IMG/VR virus record: IMGVR_UViG_3300018089_000001
Coordinates: 96,001 to 160,000 of that record
Source: a virus
Lineage: Duplodnaviria; Caudoviricetes
DNA length: 64,000 nt
Reading direction: 5' to 3' (one strand)
Part shown: positions 59,134-64,000 of the stretch, one piece after another
Position numbering within the stretch: the first letter of the stretch is position 1
Layout of the letters: every line of letters begins with the position of its first letter
Notes under the pieces: generated by a model
What the model was told of the DNA's origin: nothing
What the model saw: only the letters and a program-made list of their open reading frames with translations
The model's database searches: none
Made by a program: the position numbers and the translations under genes

Positions 59134-59202
59134 TCGCGGCGGGGAGACTCGAACCCCCGGAGATCGCCTTATGAGAGCGTCCCGGCCCCTGGCCTCGCCG
59201 CG
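59134..59202 (-). tRNA. tRNA with CAT anticodon (Met or Ile2), reduced D arm
   Basis: Acceptor CGCGGCG/CGCCGCG, loop CTCATAA, T arm GGGGG-TTCGAGT-CTCCC. Confidence 0.7.
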
Positions 59203-59263
59203 ATGTCTAGCGGGCCCCAGCGGGCCCGCGGAGTGACTCAAACTTGACAGGCCACCTTCCCCA

Positions 59264-59713
59264 TCACTTAGAGATGGCGATGGCGTAGAAGGCCTCCGAC
59301 TCATTCCGACAGCGCCACCGCCTGATCAGGGCGGGCCGCGAGAGGGAGTGGACGCCGTTCTCCGCGAGGTTGCGTCGCGTCCGGGCGGAGTCCGCCACGA
59401 TGACCCGGCCACCAACGCTCGCCACGACGGCGACCCAGTGCCTCCACTGGTCGATGCAGACCAGACAGGGCCGGCCCTCGGCCACGTTGGAGCGGACGAA
59501 GGCCCAGGCGGCCGGTCCGTCCATGCCGCCCCAGGGGGTGGCCTTCAGACCGAGCCCGCGGATCGCGCGGATGAGCTGCGACTCGTCCGTCCCGTCGGGA
59601 CCGGACTCCGCCAGCCGCCTCACCCGCGACTCGGAGACGCGGACGCCGAGGGCCTGACAGGCGTTGACGACCGCAGCCGAACCGCAGCTCCACTCCGTGG
59701 CCTGATACCTAAT
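59264..59713 (-). CDS. C39-like cysteine peptidase (probable ATT start)
   Basis: In-frame extension RYQATEWSCGSAA supplies the Q-x5-C motif; HWVAV and VADS complete the triad; an in-frame TAG lies 5 codons upstream of the ATT. Confidence 0.78.
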   Translation of the reverse strand: MRYQATEWSCGSAAVVNACQALGVRVSESRVRRLAESGPDGTDESQLIRAIRGLGLKATPWGGMDGPAAWAFVRSNVAEGRPCLVCIDQWRHWVAVVASVGGRVIVADSARTRRNLAENGVHSLSRPALIRRWRCRNESEAFYAIAISK

Positions 59714-59740
59714 CTCGAGTCCCTGCTATATCTGGGGAGC

Positions 59741-60463
59741 ATGGCTGGAATATACTCGCTGATCGATCCACGGACAGGAATCGTAAGGTACGTGGGGAAA
59801 ACTACACACTCTCTTAGTAAGAGGTTGAAATCTCACCTTGGAGACCGCAGCCAAACCGCAAAGACTCGCTGGATCCATGAACTGCTCTCAGAGAGCATGT
59901 CTCCATTGATCCAATGGCTCGAAGAAGGAGACCTCAATCTCAACGAGAGGGAGATCTGGTGGATCAACCAACTACGATCAGAAGGTGTGGACCTGACGAA
60001 TAGCACCGACGGAGGCGACGGCGGAAGGATCGAACTGGATGTACAATCGAAGCAACGCTGGATCGAAAAACTCTCTCTTCGTAGACGAGAATGGTGGCAA
60101 CGTGCCAGCATTGATGCAAAGCAGAAACAGGCAGCGTCTGTCTCGCAACACTGGCAAAACCTCTCCAACGAAGAGAGGAGCATCAGATCTGAATCGATCC
60201 GAAGCGGACTCAAGGGGATGCCCTCCCCGCTTAGGGGGCGCAAGCAGTCTGAACAGCAGAGAGAGCGCCTGAGGAGCGCTCTCTCTGACCCATCTGTCAG
60301 ATCAAAAATGTCAGAGGCGCGGAGAGAATGGTGGAAGAAAAACAAGGATAGGCCAAGACCACCTGTCGCTGACTCAACTCGAGAGAAACTACGAAAGGCT
60401 GCCCTCAAAAGGGAGGAGCGAAAGAGGTCCCAGAGGGATTCGAACCCACGACCATCCCGTTAG
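59741..60463 (+). CDS. GIY-YIG homing endonuclease with NUMOD3-like repeats
   Basis: MAGIYSLIDP...RYVGKT...RLKSH...EIWWI...LTNSTDGGDG; GRKQSEQQRERL, STREKLR; low GC; opposite strand. Confidence 0.88.
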   Translation: MAGIYSLIDPRTGIVRYVGKTTHSLSKRLKSHLGDRSQTAKTRWIHELLSESMSPLIQWLEEGDLNLNEREIWWINQLRSEGVDLTNSTDGGDGGRIELDVQSKQRWIEKLSLRRREWWQRASIDAKQKQAASVSQHWQNLSNEERSIRSESIRSGLKGMPSPLRGRKQSEQQRERLRSALSDPSVRSKMSEARREWWKKNKDRPRPPVADSTREKLRKAALKREERKRSQRDSNPRPSR

Positions 60464-60499
60464 AACCGGGAAGCTCTTGTCCACTGAGCTTATGGGACC
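60425..60499 (-). tRNA. tRNA-Arg(TCT)
   Basis: GGTCCCA/TGGGACC, D arm AGCTC/GAGCT, TCCCG-GTTCTAA-CGGGA, TTCGAAT. Confidence 0.85.
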
Positions 60500-60500
60500 C

Positions 60501-60577
60501 TGGAGTGCGACCTCGGGATCGAACCGAGCAACAGGCGGGTTGCAGCCGCCGCCCTTCATCCAGCCGGGACGTCGCAC
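60501..60577 (-). tRNA. tRNA-Cys(GCA)
   Basis: GTGCGAC/GTCGCAC, GGCGG-CTGCAAC-CCGCC, U73, encoded CCA. Confidence 0.88.
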
Positions 60578-60587
60578 AGAACTTCGT

Positions 60588-60857
60588 TCAGAGGATGCGT
60601 CTCAGGAAGTTGAGGAGCGCGTCCGCGTGGTCGTGGGAGAGGGAGAGCAGGCCGCGGAGGCCGCCGTGCGTCGGACTGGCCGTCCGGTCCCTGTCCAGGA
60701 CCTCCCAGAGGGCAGCCCTCTCCAGGGGGGAGAGGACGACCGCCTTCGGATCGAGGTAGCCGCCGAGGGCCTCCGTGACCGCCACGAGGCCCGCCAGCGG
60801 GTCCTCGTCGGGAAACGGCCCACCCGGGAAGATGGGTTCGTCAGTGGTCTCACTCAT
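60588..60857 (-). CDS. Hypothetical protein
   Basis: MSETTDEP..., GAGGA RBS; lies between tRNAs. Confidence 0.55.
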   Translation of the reverse strand: MSETTDEPIFPGGPFPDEDPLAGLVAVTEALGGYLDPKAVVLSPLERAALWEVLDRDRTASPTHGGLRGLLSLSHDHADALLNFLRRIL

Positions 60858-60872
60858 CTCTGGATTCCTCCG

Positions 60873-60943
60873 TAGCCCTGTGGAGAATCGAACTCCATCC
60901 CGATGATTGAAAATCATCTCGACTGCCGTTATCTGACAGGGCC
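60873..60943 (-). tRNA. tRNA-Glu(TTC)
   Basis: GGCCCTG/CAGGGCT, GATGA-TTTTCAA-TCATC, TGGAG-TTCGATT-CTCCA. Confidence 0.8.
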
Positions 60944-61429
60944 TCTTGCTTTCCGCAGTGCCTTCGCTCTCGTCGAGAGAGGGAATTTCCCCACATTTCG
61001 ACCGCTGTAGGTCGATGTAAGGGCATGACACATCGCACAAAGCAACCTTAGGTTGCTTCGATCGTTGTTGTCTGGGTTTCCGTCAATGCGATCCATCTGG
61101 ATTGGAGCGGGCTGGCCCAACCACTCCATGATTCCACAGTTCTCGCAGCGACGTCCCATTTCACGTAGCAGATGAAGTTTACGAGCGCCGTCTGATTTCA
61201 GAGCACCCCAGCTGCGATCCATCACCGGAATCACACGGATCTTACAAAGATTGCAGTGGACCTTTGTGCCAAACTCGCGATTGTACACAGCACCACATTG
61301 CGTGCAAGTTCTAAACTTTCGGAGGCGCTCACCGACATCGCGCTGTGAACACTTCCTTGAGCAAAACCGTTTACGCGATGATGGCTTGACTTGAAATGAA
61401 ATTCCGCACTTACAAGTGCGATCTTCCAT
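60929..61429 (-). CDS. HNH homing endonuclease with zinc fingers
   Basis: CENCG...MDRIDGNPDNNDRSNLRLLCAMCH; N-terminal CSRKC/CTQC; low GC; ATG at 61429. Confidence 0.85.
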   Translation of the reverse strand: MEDRTCKCGISFQVKPSSRKRFCSRKCSQRDVGERLRKFRTCTQCGAVYNREFGTKVHCNLCKIRVIPVMDRSWGALKSDGARKLHLLREMGRRCENCGIMEWLGQPAPIQMDRIDGNPDNNDRSNLRLLCAMCHALTSTYSGRNVGKFPLSTRAKALRKARGPVR

Positions 61430-61430
61430 A

Positions 61431-61456
61431 CGTCCTTCCGTTAGACTGACGGGGCC
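61431..61456 (-). pseudogene. Orphan tRNA-Glu 5' fragment (acceptor strand + D arm)
   Basis: GGCCCCGTCAGTCTAACGGAAGGACG resembles the 5' end GGCCCTGTCAGATAACGGCAGTCG of the tRNA-Glu at 60873..60943. Confidence 0.65.
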
Positions 61457-61465
61457 AAGCTGCCA

Positions 61466-61478
61466 TAGAATTATGCCA
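61466..61478. promoter_or_regulatory. Overlapping divergent -10 elements
   Basis: Minus strand TGGCATAAT (61478-61470); plus strand TAGAAT (61466-61471), 6 nt before the ATG at 61478. Confidence 0.45.
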
Positions 61479-61705
61479 TGAGGGCATGCATCTACGTTCC
61501 GTTCGTCTCCTGTCGAGGCGTGGAGTACGAGCTGGAGATCGAGCCGTCCGACGACGGACGGATACACGCGGTGGGACGCTTCGTCGAGGACGAGCGGGGG
61601 ACCGTCACGGCCGAGCCGCTCGGACTGAGCTGGGACGGCCTGATCCCCATGTCGCAGGACCTGCGGGTCGCGATCGTCAGCTGGCGATCCGATCCGGGAA
61701 ACTAG
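61478..61705 (+). CDS. Hypothetical protein (possibly leaderless)
   Basis: 75 aa, GC-rich third positions, fits exactly between the HNH cassette and tRNA-Gly. Confidence 0.55.
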   Translation: MRACIYVPFVSCRGVEYELEIEPSDDGRIHAVGRFVEDERGTVTAEPLGLSWDGLIPMSQDLRVAIVSWRSDPGN

Positions 61706-61707
61706 GG

Positions 61708-61780
61708 TGCGGACGATGGGATTCGAACCCACCACCCCCTGATTGGCAACCAGGCGCTCTACCGAATGAGCTACGTCCGC
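61708..61780 (-). tRNA. tRNA-Gly(GCC)
   Basis: GCGGACG/CGTCCGC, canonical D arm, CCTGG-TTGCCAA-TCAGG, TTCGAAT. Confidence 0.92.
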
Positions 61781-61820
61781 GTGTCAGCAGGCTACTACCC
61801 GGCCTGCCAGCGGTATCAGT

Positions 61821-63437
61821 TCACTTCACGAAGCCGGCCATCTCGGCCGCGAACCTCAGGATCCCCTCGCCCCAGCCGCCGAGGACGTACGTCCGCCGGT
61901 AGAACTCGGGCATGATGGTGTCCTGGTAGCCGGCGACCTGCACCAGGAAGACGTTCACGTCGGGGTTGACCTCAGCGCGGTACTTCCTGACCAGCTTGGC
62001 GACGTCGATGTGGCGACCGTCCCAGGCGTAGTCGCGGTACTCACCGGGCTTGATCCCGTACAGGCCGCCGTGGCCCGCCTGCATGTCCGAGAACACGAAG
62101 ACGTTGTCCCACCTGACCTTGCCCGCGATCGCGTCCCGCCAGAACATCCAGATCCCGTTCTCGGTGGACTGCCCGATGTCCCGGGCCAGCGACTCCGCGC
62201 GGGCGAGCTGGTCGAACGCCGAGGCGAGCTTGCGCACCGGAAAGACCTTGAGGTCGTCGCCGAAGACTCCGAGGCTGCCCTCGTCGGACGCCATGGCCGC
62301 GATGATGCCGGTCAGGTTCGCGATCGTGGACACCCGCATGCTTCCCATCGAGGAGGTGGTGGCCCCCTGCGCCGAGCCGCTGTTGTCACACAGCGAGATC
62401 GTCCTGCCCGGGAGACGCGGGACGTTGTCCAGCGAGGTACGCAGGCATCGCTCGATCGCATCGAGCACGGTGGCCGGGGCGATGTCCTGGACGGCCAGGT
62501 ACGCCGAGTAGTATCGGAACGGCAGCTGCTTGCCCGCGGCCGCGCCCTCGACGAGCTTGTCCACGAAGACCGACGGGTCGATCCCCTTCTGGAGGACGTT
62601 CCGCACGTTCCTGAGGAGAGCCATGTGGCCCATCACGTCGATCGCCTTCCGCCAGTTCTCCGGGGTGGAGCCGCCGGTCGAGATGATCGACTCCCAGGTC
62701 TGGTCCGTGGAGACCAGCTTTCCCTTCATCAGGGCGTCGAGCGCCGCGGTCCGCTTGGGATGGACGAGGTTCACGACGTCGAGCGTCTTGACCGTCCGGT
62801 TCTCCATGCGGTACTTGGCGAGCTGATACTCCGTCAACCGCGTCAGCTTGTCCGCCCACGCCTTCTTCAGCGAGTTCGGGATGGGCGCGTCCTTGCCGAA
62901 GCGCCAGACGTGATAGGCCAGCCCCACCGCCGGCTCGTCGGCGCGCTGGATGATGTCCGGCGCGTACTGCCGCACCAGGCCGGTCCCGCGAACCTTGGGG
63001 TGACGCGCGGCCCGCACGAGGATGACCTGCGGGGTCGTCCTGATGTGCTCGGCCTGCCGCAGCCGCACGGCCTCCTTGAGAGTGCGGACCGGATCGTGGT
63101 CGAGGGCCCGGTCGATGGCCGACTCGATCGCCTCGGCCGGCGTCTTCCCACGCCACTCCTGGGGATCGATCGCGTCGAGCGTCTTCCGCAGCTCGACGCG
63201 CTGGGCGTCGGTCAGGAAGGACGGGACCGATGTGTGGTGAGGCACCGGTCGCTTGACACGCCTGTCCTCCGGATCGGCCTCGTAGTACTTCGGCTCACCG
63301 AAGAAGCACGAGCTCGCGGCGATCCTGAGGGCCTTGACGGGATCGTTGATGTCATATGACTCGCCGCCCATCCAGTTCAGGTGAGGCGTCGGCGCCTCGG
63401 GCGCCTGCTTGGTCTCGTGGAACCGGGACATCGTCAC
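61821..63437 (-). CDS. Ro60/Rsr-family TROVE + vWA RNA-binding protein
   Basis: FFGEPKYY, EYQLAKY, TWES, MALLRN, LPFRYYSAY, MIDAS motif CDNSGS and FSDMQ. Confidence 0.92.
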   Translation of the reverse strand: MTMSRFHETKQAPEAPTPHLNWMGGESYDINDPVKALRIAASSCFFGEPKYYEADPEDRRVKRPVPHHTSVPSFLTDAQRVELRKTLDAIDPQEWRGKTPAEAIESAIDRALDHDPVRTLKEAVRLRQAEHIRTTPQVILVRAARHPKVRGTGLVRQYAPDIIQRADEPAVGLAYHVWRFGKDAPIPNSLKKAWADKLTRLTEYQLAKYRMENRTVKTLDVVNLVHPKRTAALDALMKGKLVSTDQTWESIISTGGSTPENWRKAIDVMGHMALLRNVRNVLQKGIDPSVFVDKLVEGAAAGKQLPFRYYSAYLAVQDIAPATVLDAIERCLRTSLDNVPRLPGRTISLCDNSGSAQGATTSSMGSMRVSTIANLTGIIAAMASDEGSLGVFGDDLKVFPVRKLASAFDQLARAESLARDIGQSTENGIWMFWRDAIAGKVRWDNVFVFSDMQAGHGGLYGIKPGEYRDYAWDGRHIDVAKLVRKYRAEVNPDVNVFLVQVAGYQDTIMPEFYRRTYVLGGWGEGILRFAAEMAGFVK

Positions 63438-63466
63438 TGCCTTTCTCTCGGAGGAGTGGAGGAGTT

Positions 63467-63533
63467 GGCGGAGGAAGGGCGGGCGCGGTGTTTTTCACCC
63501 AATAGAAGTAACCGCTCCCAAGTCACTGCCGCC
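63467..63533 (-). ncRNA. Y-like RNA copy A (candidate Ro60 ligand)
   Basis: GGCGG-CAGUGAC-..GGGAGCGG-UUACUUC-loop-CCGCGCCC..-CCUUCCU-CCGCC. Confidence 0.75.
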
Positions 63534-63536
63534 TAG

Positions 63537-63604
63537 CGCATCCGGATCGAATTGAACGACCATCTCCCGATGTTGAGTCAGGGCTCTGCTTGAGCTACGA
63601 ACGC
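63537..63604 (-). tRNA. Atypical tRNA-like element (CAA anticodon, short variable loop, D loop lacks GG)
   Basis: GCGTTCG/CGGATGC, GCTC-AAGCA-GAGC, CCTGA-CTCAACA-TCGGG, GGTCG-TTCAATT-CGATC. Confidence 0.6.
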
Positions 63605-63611
63605 AAGTCGC

Positions 63612-63746
63612 ACGTCGGAGAATACCGCCCACGGTGTGTTAGCGTGCTACCGTTACACCAAGGACCCATGGAGTGGGCCCCCCAGGACTTGAACCTGGAC
63701 CTCTCTCTTACAAGGAGAAGTAACCGCAGGACATCACTGCCGACGT
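63612..63746 (-). ncRNA. YrlA-like Y RNA copy B containing a circularly permuted tRNA
   Basis: ACGUCGG/CCGACGU outer stem and the same CAGUGA/UUACUUC motifs, enclosing anticodon, T, closed acceptor and D arms in permuted order. Confidence 0.85.
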
Positions 63747-63761
63747 ACGGAAAGTGTCGCA

Positions 63762-63845
63762 ATGCGAAGGAAGTCGACGACGGGTTTTTCGTTTTCGGTT
63801 GAAAACCGAATGATGTTGAAGTAACCGTCACCATCACTGTCGCAT
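63762..63845 (-). ncRNA. Y-like RNA copy C
   Basis: AUGCGA-CAGUGAU-GGUGACGG-UUACUUC-...UUCGGUU/AACCGAA hairpin...-CCGUCGUC-GACUUCCU-UCGCAU. Confidence 0.78.
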
Positions 63846-63852
63846 CGCGTCG

Positions 63853-63921
63853 TGCTCCCGGACCGAGTCGAACGGCCGGCCTCCCAGACCAGCTGGGCGC
63901 TCTACACTGAGCTACGGGAGC
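63853..63921 (-). tRNA. Atypical tRNA-Thr-like element with 5-nt anticodon loop
   Basis: GCTCCCG/CGGGAGC, GCTC-AGTGTA-GAGC, CCCAG-CTGGT-CTGGG, GGCCG-TTCGACT-CGGTC. Confidence 0.65.
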
Positions 63922-63925
63922 TAAA

Positions 63926-63989
63926 GGGGAAGGAAGCTCGGAGCGGGGTTGTTCTTGGCATGAAGTAACCGCTTACCGTCACTGTCCCC
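63926..63989 (-). ncRNA. Y-like RNA copy D
   Basis: GGGGA-CAGUGAC-GGUAAGCGG-UUACUUC-loop-CCGCUCCG-AGCUUCCU-UCCCC. Confidence 0.75.
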
Positions 63990-64000
63990 AAGCCATTATG

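Noticed and set aside
59348-59740. N-terminal extension of the GIY-YIG ORF given in the track
   Set aside because: It is antisense to the C39 peptidase; the real start is the ATG at 59741 with a GGGGAG RBS.
60425-60499. Possible amber suppressor (CTA) reading of the tRNA-Arg loop, implying stop-codon recoding
   Set aside because: The stem TCCCG/CGGGA centres TCT in a 7-nt loop; the CTA register does not pair, and genes are intact under the standard code.
60944-61430. Group I intron in tRNA-Glu carrying the HNH
   Set aside because: The ORF fills the whole interval, leaving no room for a ribozyme core, and the downstream tRNA is already complete.
60929-61735. 268 aa version of the HNH ORF starting inside tRNA-Gly
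   Set aside because: The extension overlaps a tRNA and an opposite-strand gene; the ATG at 61429 has an RBS and marks the GC shift.
63467-63989. Repeated GAAGTAACCG...TCACTG read as a CRISPR array
   Set aside because: The repeats are short split motifs with covarying stems and irregular spacing, separated by tRNA-like elements; there is no cas operon. The Cas4-like nuclease is a common stand-alone phage gene.

Overview
This 64 kb window is part of a large, high-GC tailed phage (T4-like myovirus-type gene set). Almost every gene is on the minus strand and tightly coupled. In gene order (right to left): (1) an array of four related structured ncRNAs interleaved with atypical tRNA-like elements, directly upstream of a Ro60/TROVE gene; (2) a tRNA cluster (Gly, Glu, Cys, Arg, CAU, Ser) invaded by HNH and GIY-YIG endonucleases; (3) a PD-(D/E)XK nuclease, a GroES-like gene and a ~20 kb glycan cluster with many glycosyltransferases, split HldE, HldD, GT9 heptosyltransferase-like genes, UDP-glucose dehydrogenase and methyltransferases; (4) a sigma-like factor and a baseplate/virion module (gp25, gp6/J-like wedge, LamG and FN3-like proteins); (5) RuvC-like resolvase, primase and a fused SbcD-SbcC nuclease; (6) large terminase and gp20-like portal. 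Top candidates for new biology: the Ro60-associated Y-like RNA array, one member of which holds a complete circularly permuted tRNA; a possible ADP-heptose virion glycosylation system, suggested by [S/T]GS enrichment in structural proteins; and a stand-alone fragment of the major capsid protein inside the glycan cluster. All calls were made by eye from motifs; no database searches were run.
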